The notes under the pieces: generated by a model
Seen by the model: the letters and a program-made list of their open reading frames with translations, nothing else
Told to the model about the DNA's origin: nothing
Database searches by the model: none
Program-made: the position numbers and the translations under genes
Part shown: positions 9,514-19,633 of the stretch, piece by piece
Layout: every line of letters begins with the position of its first letter
Position numbering within the stretch: position 1 is the first letter of the stretch
Assembly: GCA_020831715.1 (NCBI GenBank)
Contig: JAFIGA010000189.1
Span: forward strand, 11,853 to 75,852
From: Leptospira sp.
GTDB lineage: Bacteria; Spirochaetota; Leptospiria; Leptospirales; Leptospiraceae
Direction of reading: 5' to 3'
DNA length: 64,000 nucleotides

Positions 9514-10428
9514 ATGCGAAACGAAAAAACACGACTCAATGTCATGCTCTTCTTTATCACTTTTCTTACGATGACTTTTAGAGAAGACCTTTTTTTAGGA
9601 CTTATCTTTTGGGACTGGAATGCCCTCTGGTCCATCTTCAAAATGGAATGGTCTTATTCACTTTCTCTTATACTTATTCTACTATGTCATGAAATGGGGC
9701 ATTATTTGCCAGCCCGATTCTATGGAATTCGAGCGACTCTTCCTTATTTCATACCTTTTCCCATAGGACCAATTGGTACAATGGGAGCAGTTATAAAAAT
9801 CCAAGAACCCATTCCTGATAAAATCAAATTATTTGATATTGGTATCGGTGGACCCATTATGAGTTTGGTTCTTTCTGTTCCTGCATGGATTGGAGGCTTG
9901 TATCTTTCCAAATTGATTCCTATAGATGACACGCTTTCTTATGAAAATCTATTATTTTTCGGTGATAGCCTTTTTACCTATTGGTCCGGACAATGGGTAA
10001 TGGGTCCTTATGATACAGCGCTCTATGATATCCAAATCCACCCATTAGCAAAGGCAGGTTGGGTTGGACTTATAATTACAGCAATCAATCTTCTTCCTTT
10101 TGGCCAACTAGACGGAGGTCATGTAATCTATGCGCTTTTTGGTGAGAAGTATCGAAATTGGATTCACTACCTTTTTATAGGATTTTTGGTATTGGCTTTG
10201 TGGAATTTTACTTGGTTGGTATGGGGATTTCTTATATACTACTTTATTAAGATAGAACACCCCTATGTTCCGGACAACCACCGTGAAGAATTAGGGCCCG
10301 GTCGCAGATTCCTAGGCTGGTTTATGCTATTGAGTCTATTGTTCATATTTGTCCCCTCCCCTATATCATTGGGAATTGACAAGGGTTCCACAAATTTACT
10401 TGAAGATATTATCAATTATTTATTTTAG
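9514..10428 (+). CDS. site-2 protease family (M50) membrane metalloprotease
   Basis: HEMGHYL (HExxH) in a hydrophobic segment and NLLPFGQLDGGH as the second motif. ATG at 9514 is preferred over the TTG at 9472 used by the ORF track. Confidence 0.8.
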   Translation: MRNEKTRLNVMLFFITFLTMTFREDLFLGLIFWDWNALWSIFKMEWSYSLSLILILLCHEMGHYLPARFYGIRATLPYFIPFPIGPIGTMGAVIKIQEPIPDKIKLFDIGIGGPIMSLVLSVPAWIGGLYLSKLIPIDDTLSYENLLFFGDSLFTYWSGQWVMGPYDTALYDIQIHPLAKAGWVGLIITAINLLPFGQLDGGHVIYALFGEKYRNWIHYLFIGFLVLALWNFTWLVWGFLIYYFIKIEHPYVPDNHREELGPGRRFLGWFMLLSLLFIFVPSPISLGIDKGSTNLLEDIINYLF

Positions 10429-10436
10429 GAGAATTT

Positions 10437-11891
10437 ATGAATTTATTAAAATTGATCGAAACGTTTCAAGGCATCGAGCGGTTTAAAATTTTACTGATAG
10501 TATCATTATTCGCATTGAATCAACCATTATTTTCGCAAGAAGAGCGAGAATACAAAGTGTCACCTAAAGCATATGGAATTACTTATGACGGAACCTATCT
10601 CTATTATCTTGACAGTGAAAGAAGAGCCATCATACGTTTTGATTCTATCGGGGGACAAGAGATTTTCAACATCGGTCTAGCTCAGATGAAGGGAATTACC
10701 TTTGATAGCAGAGAAGGAAGACTTCTTGTCACTGCACCTCGAGTCATTCTTAAGATCGATCCCAACTCAGGTGGAGTAGTAGACAGAATTCAAGTTCCTC
10801 TTACTCATATGGGAGGAATTGCATCTGTTGATGGACTGTATTATTTATTGGATCTAAAAGATGGAAAGGTGAATTTCTTCGATAAAGCAAGTTCTATCAT
10901 TGTGGGAGGATTCCTGTCAGATAGAGTTGCTCCGAGAGATCTGACCTATGGAAAAGATTCTATCTGGATCAGTGATTCTTCCAATGGTGTAATTTATAGA
11001 TATAATCCTAACAATGGTAAAATTACAGGTTCGGTTCAAGCGGCAGCCGGAGATATGAGAGGTATATTGTTCAGCGGGAGTAAACTCTGGGTGATAGATC
11101 GAGCCTCTCAAGAAATTAAAAATATATCATTCGTGGAAACGGAAAGATTCATTGCATCCGGTGAAAGTAATTATGAGATTACATATACTTTGGACTATTC
11201 ACTACCCAATGTTTCTCTGGCTAATTCTGAGATTGCCATACTCCTTCCTCCATCTAACGAGCAACAAAGAATACGAACCATTTCTTCAACAGACAAAGAT
11301 TTTAAAAATGGTGTTCTATTTCGAACTCGATCCTTAAATAAAAAATTGAATTTAGATTCCGGTAGAGGCAATCAATCCACAAAGATTTCGTTTCAAGTTC
11401 GCTTGTCAAATATGGTCTATTATGTGAATGATAATTTCTTAAAGAAGAAAGAATCTATTCCAAATGAATTGAATGATTTTCGCAACCCATCCAAAGAATT
11501 GACCAACCTGTCTACCAATGATACTTTAGCACGATTCAATTCTATCTTTCAGAATAATTCTCCCAGAAAGATACGAAATGATCTTTTCGAAAATGGATTC
11601 CCGGTTCAGACAGGTAAAAAAATTATATATAAAGATGGGGCGAAGGCTGCTGAAGTAACTGATTATGTGTCCGGTTATCTTCCGGGTTTTGGTTGGATTC
11701 CATTTTCCAATTCTCCTGAAAGTAAAGATAGAGACAATCGAGTCTTTCACTATACAGATAAAGAAATTGTATTGTTTCAATCCAATACCAGTCAATTTTT
11801 GAGTGGACCTGTTTTCTTTCGCGAGAAAAGCAATGATGAGTGGAGCAATCTGTCCACGAGATGGTCTGTTACAATTAAAAAGATACAATAA
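10437..11891 (+). CDS. secreted repeat protein, probable beta-propeller N-terminal domain
   Basis: AGGAG Shine-Dalgarno upstream of the ATG, followed by a signal peptide (LLIVSLFALNQPLFSQE). Recurring strand-like repeats (YGITYDGTYLYYLD, GITFDSREGRLLV, DLTYGKDSIWISD, GILFSGSKLWVID). The C-terminal GYLPGFGWIPFSNSP recalls transglutaminase-like cores, but no catalytic Cys was identified. Confidence 0.5.
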   Translation: MNLLKLIETFQGIERFKILLIVSLFALNQPLFSQEEREYKVSPKAYGITYDGTYLYYLDSERRAIIRFDSIGGQEIFNIGLAQMKGITFDSREGRLLVTAPRVILKIDPNSGGVVDRIQVPLTHMGGIASVDGLYYLLDLKDGKVNFFDKASSIIVGGFLSDRVAPRDLTYGKDSIWISDSSNGVIYRYNPNNGKITGSVQAAAGDMRGILFSGSKLWVIDRASQEIKNISFVETERFIASGESNYEITYTLDYSLPNVSLANSEIAILLPPSNEQQRIRTISSTDKDFKNGVLFRTRSLNKKLNLDSGRGNQSTKISFQVRLSNMVYYVNDNFLKKKESIPNELNDFRNPSKELTNLSTNDTLARFNSIFQNNSPRKIRNDLFENGFPVQTGKKIIYKDGAKAAEVTDYVSGYLPGFGWIPFSNSPESKDRDNRVFHYTDKEIVLFQSNTSQFLSGPVFFREKSNDEWSNLSTRWSVTIKKIQ

Positions 11892-11934
11892 TAGATAGAT
11901 AGATGAATGAATGAATGAATGAATGAATAAATAA
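11891..11934. repeat. compound tetranucleotide microsatellite (ATAG)3(ATGA)6(ATAA)2
   Basis: Read directly: atagatagatag atgaatgaatgaatgaatgaatga ataaataa. It lies between the stop of the 10437-11891 gene and the start at 11967. Confidence 0.95.
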
Positions 11935-11966
11935 AATAATAATGTTAAAGGAATTTTTAAAGAAAA

Positions 11967-12818
11967 ATGAAATCAATTAAATTTAATTTCAAGAACAATG
12001 GAAGAAAGCTAAGTAATTTATCAACTCAAACCAAGATTGGAAATTTTATGAGCATAATCATAATTTCCTTCTCCATCCTTTCATTTGGTAGCTGTAAATT
12101 ACCCCAAAAAGATATAGAACCCCAACCGATAGGACTTTGGTTGGACAAGGTAAGATATGGTTGGGCAGAACTCCCTCATACAAAATCACTCTGTCCTGAT
12201 TTTGATTATTTTCCCGGTGGAGGAATACAAAATTTCTACTGCCACTTAAAAGATATTAGTAGTTTCTCTGAAATTGAGAAATTCTTCGGACAAGCAATAT
12301 TTTTATCGGGACCTCATAAAAATGGATTTTTGATTTTGGATGATGACCATAGCTTCGGTCACTACAATCCGGAATTTCCAAAATTCCTGAAACGAACTAT
12401 GATTCCCGGTTCCCAAGACAGGGCATTTGCAATATTAACTCAACCTATTTATAATGAATATTTGCGAAATCTTGCTCGTATATACTACGCAACTTATTTG
12501 AAATTGCAATCTAACCAGGTTTACCTTACTAAAGAAAGAATCCGCTATAAAAAATTGATCCAACAGAAAACTCTAGAGCGCTATTACTATGAAAAATACT
12601 ATAGCTTCATGGAGACAGGTTTTACTGACGATGAAAATGCCAATGTTTCGAGTCGATTTAAAACCTATTCCAACGATTCGGAATTTGATGGAAATGTAGT
12701 AAAATCAGCTGTGTTATTTTGGATTAGAAGATCCATAGACGGAACCGACAAAGAATTCGTATCAGGTTTGAAAGTTTTACTTCTAACCTATGATGCGGAT
12801 TTCATTAAATCAAGATAG
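11967..12818 (+). CDS. putative lipoprotein, function unknown
   Basis: Basic N-terminus, a hydrophobic stretch and a lipobox-like SILSFGSC. No family recognised. Confidence 0.55.
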   Translation: MKSIKFNFKNNGRKLSNLSTQTKIGNFMSIIIISFSILSFGSCKLPQKDIEPQPIGLWLDKVRYGWAELPHTKSLCPDFDYFPGGGIQNFYCHLKDISSFSEIEKFFGQAIFLSGPHKNGFLILDDDHSFGHYNPEFPKFLKRTMIPGSQDRAFAILTQPIYNEYLRNLARIYYATYLKLQSNQVYLTKERIRYKKLIQQKTLERYYYEKYYSFMETGFTDDENANVSSRFKTYSNDSEFDGNVVKSAVLFWIRRSIDGTDKEFVSGLKVLLLTYDADFIKSR

Positions 12819-14016
12819 ATTTAACTGCGGTAACAACATCCTCTACATCAGAGTCTGTCATACCTGCAAATAAAGGTAGCGACAGACAACGATCATACAT
12901 CTGGCAAGCATTAGGATAGTGATCTCTTAAATAATTGAATTTCTTTTTATAATAGGAATGTTCAAATAACGGAATAAAATGCAAAGAACTTCCAATATTA
13001 CGATCCTTCAGTTCTTCACATAGAGAATCTCGCCCCACTTTGGCAATCGAGGGATCTAATTCTATGCGAAATAAATGCCAAGAATGCCGACCATTTTCCG
13101 TAGCATGAGGTAGCTTTAAACCGGGAATCGACTTCCACTCATTTATATACCTTAGAGCTATTTCCTCTCTTCGATTCCAGAAAGAATGAGCTTCCTTTAA
13201 CTGAACGATTCCCAATGCTGCGGCAATATCGGGCATATTGTACTTAAATCCGGTATCGGTTACTTCATAATACCAACTAGGTCTGTCAAATGCTTGTTTG
13301 TTGATTCCATGCAATCTGGATCTTCTGATCGCATCTGCGAACTTTTTATTGCTTGTGGTAAGCATACCACCTTCACCGGTCGTAATTCCCTTGGTTGCAT
13401 AAAAACTAAAAACGGTAAAATCTCCCCAGGTTCCAATCATTTGATTCTTATAAACGGCAGGGAATGCATGAGCCGCATCTTCTATAACATAAAGATTGAA
13501 TTTTCTGGCGATCGAGATGATTTCTTCCATTTCACATGGATCACCCGCGATATGGACAGGTATGATTGCTTTAACATGTTTTCCGGTTTTTTTGGAATAT
13601 AATTTCCCATCTTTTATTTTACAAAATTGATCGATGGTTTGAAGAAGCAACTCTCCCGTCATATTATTATTGGAGCCGGAAACATCAGTCAAGATTGGTT
13701 CCCCATCAAAATAGCAGATCACTTCTGCACTTGCCGTAAAAGTAACCGAAGTAGTAATTGCGGCAGAATCTCTATCGAACCCAATCGCCGAAAGAGCCAA
13801 ATGCAATCCGGCAGTGGCAGAACTCACTGCAACGGATTCTATCGTATTGTGATTGCTCGATTGTATGTAATCGGAAAATTCCATTTCGAACTGCTTTACC
13901 TTGGGACCGGATGTAATCCAACCCGACCTCAGAACCTGGGTTACTTCCTCAATTGCCTCCTCCGAAATAGTGGGTAGGGCAAATGGCAAAAATGTTTTTC
14001 TGGCAGTTCGTATCAT
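12805..14016 (-). CDS. DegT/DnrJ/EryC1/StrS family PLP-dependent sugar aminotransferase
   Basis: Family strings VSSATAGLHLAL, IEDAAHAF and FSFYATKGITTGEGGM (PLP lysine), plus the typical C-terminal LSLPLFAGMTDSDVEDV. Confidence 0.85.
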   Translation of the reverse strand: MIRTARKTFLPFALPTISEEAIEEVTQVLRSGWITSGPKVKQFEMEFSDYIQSSNHNTIESVAVSSATAGLHLALSAIGFDRDSAAITTSVTFTASAEVICYFDGEPILTDVSGSNNNMTGELLLQTIDQFCKIKDGKLYSKKTGKHVKAIIPVHIAGDPCEMEEIISIARKFNLYVIEDAAHAFPAVYKNQMIGTWGDFTVFSFYATKGITTGEGGMLTTSNKKFADAIRRSRLHGINKQAFDRPSWYYEVTDTGFKYNMPDIAAALGIVQLKEAHSFWNRREEIALRYINEWKSIPGLKLPHATENGRHSWHLFRIELDPSIAKVGRDSLCEELKDRNIGSSLHFIPLFEHSYYKKKFNYLRDHYPNACQMYDRCLSLPLFAGMTDSDVEDVVTAVKSILI

Positions 14017-14165
14017 AGGTTTTTATGGGACATAATACTAATACGTTATGTATTGGAATCTGTCTATTCTATTTTCGGCATTTTTCATAAAACTTGAAAT
14101 TAAATTCAAGAAATAGAAAAATCTCCTTGAAAGAATACCCATTACTATCAAACTTTTGTAGAGAA

Positions 14166-15515
14166 ATGGCAACTACATTCCAAGAAATTCTAGACCGAAT
14201 CGCAATCATTGATCGTGACGTTTCCGAGTTGAACCGACTCAAGTCCCGACTACCTGCCGATCGACCCTATTCCCCTTCTTTGCAACTTTCCTTCGATAAG
14301 CAGATCAATAATCTGCTAAATGAAAGAATTGGTCTGATGGATCTTGGGATACTCAATCCACCCGAATGGTTATTGACCAAAAAAGAAGAGTTCGAAATCC
14401 TTTCCGGTTCCAGAGATGAGTCTAAACCGGACGCCGCTTCCCTATCCGGAGATGCTCCTAGCGAACAATTAGTTCTCGATTTCTTAAGAGCCATTCCTAA
14501 GACCGAAATCCATCTCCACTTAGAGGCCTGTGTAAGTAAGAAAACTCTAAAGTTCTTATATGAAAAAAATGGAAATCCACTTACCGATGAAGAAATCGAA
14601 GAAAAATTTAACTTCAAGGATCTCATGGGATTTATTCAAGTATTTTTCTTCGTTCAGTCTTCCGTAAAAGAACCGGGAGATCTTGCCTATTTGATTGAAA
14701 GTCTTCACGACTATCTCAAAGCCAATAATATTATTTATTCAGAAGTATTTTTTGCCCCATCAAAATTCATTCAGAACGGTTTGGATTTCGATGAAATGAT
14801 TGAAGTCATGGTAGGCAAGATCCGCGAAATTAAAACTTTGGATGGAACCGACATTCGCATTCTTGTTGATGTTTCCCGTTCCTTTGGTCCGGAAAATGCG
14901 ATGAACAACCTGAATCGAGTCTTGAAAGTTAGACATCCGGAAGTTATTGGAATAGGACTTGGTGGTGCAGAGCTAATGGGTCCGGCTAAGGACTATGCCG
15001 AAGTATTCCAAGTAGCAAGAGAATCAGGACTTCGAACTGTAGCTCACTCAGGTGAGGACGACGGTCCTTGGGCAATTTGGGATGCAGTTACTTTATGCAA
15101 GGCGGAACGAATCGGGCATGCGACTTCAGCAATTCAAGATCCGGAATTGGTTCAATACATGAAAGACAATCACATTCCAATCGAAATCTGTGTTACTTCC
15201 AATGTTTTCACCGGCAAGTATGTTAGAAAAGAACAGAACCACCCGGTACGCTATTACTACGATCAAGGTCTCCCATTGTCAATCAATACTGATGACCCGG
15301 TTATTTTCAATGTGAATTTAACTTATGAGTATTTTAAACTCTACCGCTTTTTGGATTTTTCTTTGGATGAGATTATTGATTTAATCAAGCAGAGCGTATT
15401 TGCAACATTCCACCCGAATAAAGAAGAATTGTGGAGTAGGATAGAATCCGAGATAATCAAAGTTGCAGAAAGCTATGAGTATACACCAAAACTACCCATA
15501 GCAATTCCTGCATAA
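14166..15515 (+). CDS. add: adenosine deaminase with N-terminal extension
   Basis: Metal-ligand motifs EIHLHLEA, VAHSGE and SINTDDP. ATG at 14166 is preferred over the TTG at 14094. About 110 aa precede the catalytic barrel. Confidence 0.85.
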   Translation: MATTFQEILDRIAIIDRDVSELNRLKSRLPADRPYSPSLQLSFDKQINNLLNERIGLMDLGILNPPEWLLTKKEEFEILSGSRDESKPDAASLSGDAPSEQLVLDFLRAIPKTEIHLHLEACVSKKTLKFLYEKNGNPLTDEEIEEKFNFKDLMGFIQVFFFVQSSVKEPGDLAYLIESLHDYLKANNIIYSEVFFAPSKFIQNGLDFDEMIEVMVGKIREIKTLDGTDIRILVDVSRSFGPENAMNNLNRVLKVRHPEVIGIGLGGAELMGPAKDYAEVFQVARESGLRTVAHSGEDDGPWAIWDAVTLCKAERIGHATSAIQDPELVQYMKDNHIPIEICVTSNVFTGKYVRKEQNHPVRYYYDQGLPLSINTDDPVIFNVNLTYEYFKLYRFLDFSLDEIIDLIKQSVFATFHPNKEELWSRIESEIIKVAESYEYTPKLPIAIPA

Positions 15516-15534
15516 GATATATCGCTGAATTTTA

Positions 15535-16287
15535 TCACAGTGTGTCCAGTTGACCTTCCTTGTATTTAAAAACTATTTTTACTTTAGGAAAGTCATCGCC
15601 TGAATCATCCTGCAAGTTGGAAATTCCTATATACTCCAATAGTCTTTTTGTTTTTTTATCGTACGTGACAATAATTTTATCCGCAATGGAACGAATGATA
15701 AAATTCTCCGGAGTCAGGACAAATTGCACTGCATCTCTTCCCTTATAAGTAAGATCTTTGGTTTTTTTAACACGACACTGAAAATAATCCAATCGATTGG
15801 TGAGGACAAAATTCCCCTTAATTGTCTTACCGGAACTTACATCTTCGAAGTTATCCCTAATAAAATAATCAAATCCCCCATCTACTACAACAAGTCCGGG
15901 AACTTGTATCGTTTTTGATTTTTGTCCTTGTTCCTTGGATCTTTGATGCTCTAGAGTAAAACTCTGCGTTGATGCATTGTTTAACCTTGCTTTATCATAG
16001 TATCCGGTTCGGAAATCCTCCAAAAAGAAATCAGGCTGAGTTCTTTTTTTTCCAAATTCTATCTTCTTTTGGGCAATAACTTTTTCTTTGGGATCTTTGT
16101 ATTTTACGATAGAATAGTTATGTGTGCCAGAATTATAATACTCCGTATGATTCTCGGAATAGAGGAATTTACCTGATTTAAAATCATAGGCAAGGGAACG
16201 AATTGAAATTGGCTTATCTTGAGATAGCAAGATACCGGGTATCAATACCAAAATAAACGAAATTAATTTGAGATTAAACTTATTCAT
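15535..16287 (-). CDS. secreted hypothetical protein
   Basis: Signal peptide MNKFNLKLISFILVLIPGILLSQ, followed by beta-rich sequence. No family recognised. Confidence 0.55.
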   Translation of the reverse strand: MNKFNLKLISFILVLIPGILLSQDKPISIRSLAYDFKSGKFLYSENHTEYYNSGTHNYSIVKYKDPKEKVIAQKKIEFGKKRTQPDFFLEDFRTGYYDKARLNNASTQSFTLEHQRSKEQGQKSKTIQVPGLVVVDGGFDYFIRDNFEDVSSGKTIKGNFVLTNRLDYFQCRVKKTKDLTYKGRDAVQFVLTPENFIIRSIADKIIVTYDKKTKRLLEYIGISNLQDDSGDDFPKVKIVFKYKEGQLDTL

Positions 16288-16385
16288 GCTTATTAGACTC
16301 TAAATTCATACAAGAATTCTTGACAAATATTTGAAATTTTAAATAGTTATACAACAGTATAAATTGATATTTTCAGGAGATTAAC

Positions 16386-16763
16386 ATGGCATCCTTTGAA
16401 TCATATAAAAAACATATTATATCTTTCTTTATTTTCTGGAGTATATTCCTCTCGTGTTCAGGAAGTTATTATGGAGTAAATGGAAATGCAACATACAATA
16501 GAGAGGAATCCATTGACATCATCACAACAGCTCAATTTCTTTGGCTTACAAATTGTGTCGGCTCAAAATCAGGTGAACAACTAATTCTAGAGGTAGCATT
16601 AACAACACCGAGACTAATTTTAGACAGCGCTTACTATTCCAAAAAAGACATTAAAGAATGCGAAAAAGCTATTCTAATTACACCTTGTTCAGAACCGGCT
16701 CATTCATGCCAGTTGGGTCCGGAGGAATTTTTTAATGGACGACTTCTCCAAGGTGGAATCTAA
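16386..16763 (+). CDS. putative Cys-rich lipoprotein
   Basis: AGGAG Shine-Dalgarno 6 nt upstream of the ATG. Lipobox-like IFLSCSG. Several further Cys in the mature part. Confidence 0.55.
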   Translation: MASFESYKKHIISFFIFWSIFLSCSGSYYGVNGNATYNREESIDIITTAQFLWLTNCVGSKSGEQLILEVALTTPRLILDSAYYSKKDIKECEKAILITPCSEPAHSCQLGPEEFFNGRLLQGGI

Positions 16764-16793
16764 AAAGGCTACAAAAGACATTAAATAGTATTT

Positions 16794-19619
16794 TTAAAAA
16801 GTATATCTAAAATTCACCCAATATGTCCTTCCCTCAAGAGAGGGAGTTCCCGCACCCAAGGCAACATCCCCTGCCGCATTATTCAGAGGATAGAGAACAT
16901 TGGAATCCAAAATATTTTTAGCAGAAAAAATCAATTCCATATTTTCTGTAAAATTGTATCCTATTCCAGCATTCATAATACCTGTTCCAATTACCCTATC
17001 TCCGGTTGGAGCATACCAATCATAGAAATGCAAATAGTTCATTGAAAGAGTTAATTTATCTATAGGGAAAAACATAATATTAGCGCGAGATACATTTTCA
17101 GGGTAAGCACTATGCCTTCTATTGGCACTGTTAGACGAAATATAAATAGATCCAAATATTTCTTCATCTGCAGAAACTACACGAACAACTGAATGACTCA
17201 AATCAACTCCAAACCAATCCGAATTGTATGAAATTATAAATTCACCACCAGCCTGTTTTAAGATACCCGGAGTATTTCGAAAGAAGAAGTATCCTCCCCA
17301 GTCTCCGGGTATATCATCACCCAATTCCGGAGCTCCATCTCCAAATGGCTCCGGAAAAATTACACCTACGTCAATAATATTTTCAACTTGATTGTAAAAG
17401 AAGACACCATCAAATGACCATTTACTATTTGGTTGCCATTTGGTTCCGATTTCATAACTACGCATTTTTTCCGGGCGAGTCTCTGGAATATTATTATAAA
17501 ATGTTTGATTGCCGTTTGCATCAACTGTAGGAATCTGAGCCAACTCTACTTGATTAAAATTACTGGTTCGAAGTAGACCATCTCTTCTATAACCACCCAC
17601 ATAAGCCACTCCTACGGCACCACGAAAACCTTCTTGGTAAGACAATCTAAATCTCCAGTCTCTATTAGCTTCATACAACAAACCTATCCTGGGTGAAATA
17701 TTCGAACCCCAGAAAGGATGGGTATCGTATCGAAAAGCACCGAAAATGTCCAGGCTTTCTGTTAACTTATGAAAATCTTCCAAGAAAAAGGAAGCAACTT
17801 GAATAGATGAAGGGTTGGCAAATTGATTTGTGTCATTTACAGTTTTATTTTCAGGAATTTCCGGATCTCCAACATAGGGAAATAAACTTTCAGGATCTGC
17901 TCGATTCACAACAAAGTTATTGCCCCTAAAATCTCGCTGACCCATATCGTATTTTCGAACTTCTGATCCTATCGCTAATTGATTATTCTTGAACGGTGAA
18001 AGGTTCAAAATAGCCGATCCACCATATCGATTCTCTCGGGATCCTGCCATGGTAAATCCTTCATGATTTAAAAATCCATAATCATCCTGAGTGTAAAATC
18101 CCTTTACCTTCAACTCTATATCATCAGTAATTGAAAAACCTTGAGTGATACCAATGTTAGCAACATTACTGAAAACCGCATTTCTATCACGATAAAAATT
18201 ATACAAATCTCTCGTTTGATTGGATATCATTCCATCTACTCGAAATTTTTTGTATTCAATATTACCAACTACAGTCTCATTCTGAGATCGTTTTAGCCTA
18301 CTTCCGCTGGATTGAGAAATATTTGCATAGGGATACAGTGTTCCCAAAGGAGTGGGGAATGGTTCCGGTTCCAAAGAATCGATTTCTCGTTGATCTGTAA
18401 TTAAATCATAATTTCGAATGATAGATCCTTCATAAGGTCTAGTTTTCGCCCAACCCTCATTGCGAATTTCTTGACCATTGTATCTCCCCTTATTGACGAA
18501 AAAGTATGTTTTTAAATCCTCAATTTCTTTTCCTTTGCCACCACTCTGAAAATTTAAATTTCTGTAACCATCAGCACCCGCACCTACTTGCATGGATGTT
18601 CCTTGGTAATTCCCTCCATCACGAGTAATAATGTTTATTACACCCAATAGTGCTCCTTGTCCCAAAGTTACAGACCCCGGTCCCCGAATCACTTCTATTC
18701 GTTCAATATAGTCCATACTCATACCATTGAGTATGGAATCAGGAGGGCCAAATTGCCATTCCATATTCATATTGTGTCCGTTAACCAATAAAAGTGTTTT
18801 CGCATTGGCATCGGGAACTAAACCTCGAAAACCGGCAATTGTATCATCTTGAAATTCAACCGTGAAAAAACCCGGAACATAAGTTCTGAGAACTTCATTT
18901 AAAGTTCTGGATCCACTCAATTGAATCTGTTTTCTTGAAATAACCGTTACAGATACTGGCTGCTTATTGGAATCTTTAATAACGTTTGATGCTACATTGA
19001 TTTCTTTTGCCGCCATCAATTGAAATATCTCTTCGGATTCTGACTTTAGATCCTCCTTGGGAACCGGAAGATTTTTGGAAGAAATCTCCGGATTGTTGGT
19101 AACAAATTCAGATATATTTTGATTTCTTACAGATTTATTTATATTGGATCTTACTCTAAGAGAAATTTTCTCCGAAAAATCATTCACCACTTCTTGGTCA
19201 GTTTTATTCGCTTCTTCTATGCTTATATCAAGGTTTTCTAGCCCCTCAATACTTCCTGTTACATTTAAAGCATCTATTATAGTCCCGGTTTCGGGATCAT
19301 AAATCTGTCCCAAAATCTCCAAAGTCTCTTTCTTTTTTAAAAAACCTGATAAAAAATAATCGGTATCTTTGGAAGAAGATAGGTTGGATTTCAAATCGGT
19401 AGACTTAAGATACTTTACTCGATATCCTTTGTTCTCTAAATTAGTTCCGATTTGTAATTGCAGATCTTCAGCTATTTTGGGATTAACGTTTCCGGAAATT
19501 ATCTGAAAAGGCGCAATAGATACTGACTTTGAAATGCTTTTGTCTTGAGGGAATATTGCATTGCTCAAAAGAAATATCAATAAAATATTAATAAATAATA
19601 CATTCAATATCTTCATCAT
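16794..19619 (-). CDS. TonB-dependent receptor with long N-terminal extension
   Basis: Plug region (VSVTVISRKQIQLSGSRTLNEVLRTYVPGF .. IEVIRGPGSVTLGQGALLGVINIITR) and a long beta-barrel ending ..YWVNFRYTF with a terminal Phe. About 215 aa precede the plug. Confidence 0.9.
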   Translation of the reverse strand: MMKILNVLFINILLIFLLSNAIFPQDKSISKSVSIAPFQIISGNVNPKIAEDLQLQIGTNLENKGYRVKYLKSTDLKSNLSSSKDTDYFLSGFLKKKETLEILGQIYDPETGTIIDALNVTGSIEGLENLDISIEEANKTDQEVVNDFSEKISLRVRSNINKSVRNQNISEFVTNNPEISSKNLPVPKEDLKSESEEIFQLMAAKEINVASNVIKDSNKQPVSVTVISRKQIQLSGSRTLNEVLRTYVPGFFTVEFQDDTIAGFRGLVPDANAKTLLLVNGHNMNMEWQFGPPDSILNGMSMDYIERIEVIRGPGSVTLGQGALLGVINIITRDGGNYQGTSMQVGAGADGYRNLNFQSGGKGKEIEDLKTYFFVNKGRYNGQEIRNEGWAKTRPYEGSIIRNYDLITDQREIDSLEPEPFPTPLGTLYPYANISQSSGSRLKRSQNETVVGNIEYKKFRVDGMISNQTRDLYNFYRDRNAVFSNVANIGITQGFSITDDIELKVKGFYTQDDYGFLNHEGFTMAGSRENRYGGSAILNLSPFKNNQLAIGSEVRKYDMGQRDFRGNNFVVNRADPESLFPYVGDPEIPENKTVNDTNQFANPSSIQVASFFLEDFHKLTESLDIFGAFRYDTHPFWGSNISPRIGLLYEANRDWRFRLSYQEGFRGAVGVAYVGGYRRDGLLRTSNFNQVELAQIPTVDANGNQTFYNNIPETRPEKMRSYEIGTKWQPNSKWSFDGVFFYNQVENIIDVGVIFPEPFGDGAPELGDDIPGDWGGYFFFRNTPGILKQAGGEFIISYNSDWFGVDLSHSVVRVVSADEEIFGSIYISSNSANRRHSAYPENVSRANIMFFPIDKLTLSMNYLHFYDWYAPTGDRVIGTGIMNAGIGYNFTENMELIFSAKNILDSNVLYPLNNAAGDVALGAGTPSLEGRTYWVNFRYTF

Positions 19620-19633
19620 AGAAATAAAAATCC

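Noticed and set aside
16320-16325. TTGACA hexamer upstream of the 16386 lipoprotein gene
   Set aside because: No acceptable -10 hexamer at 16-19 nt spacing could be found by eye, so no promoter was called.
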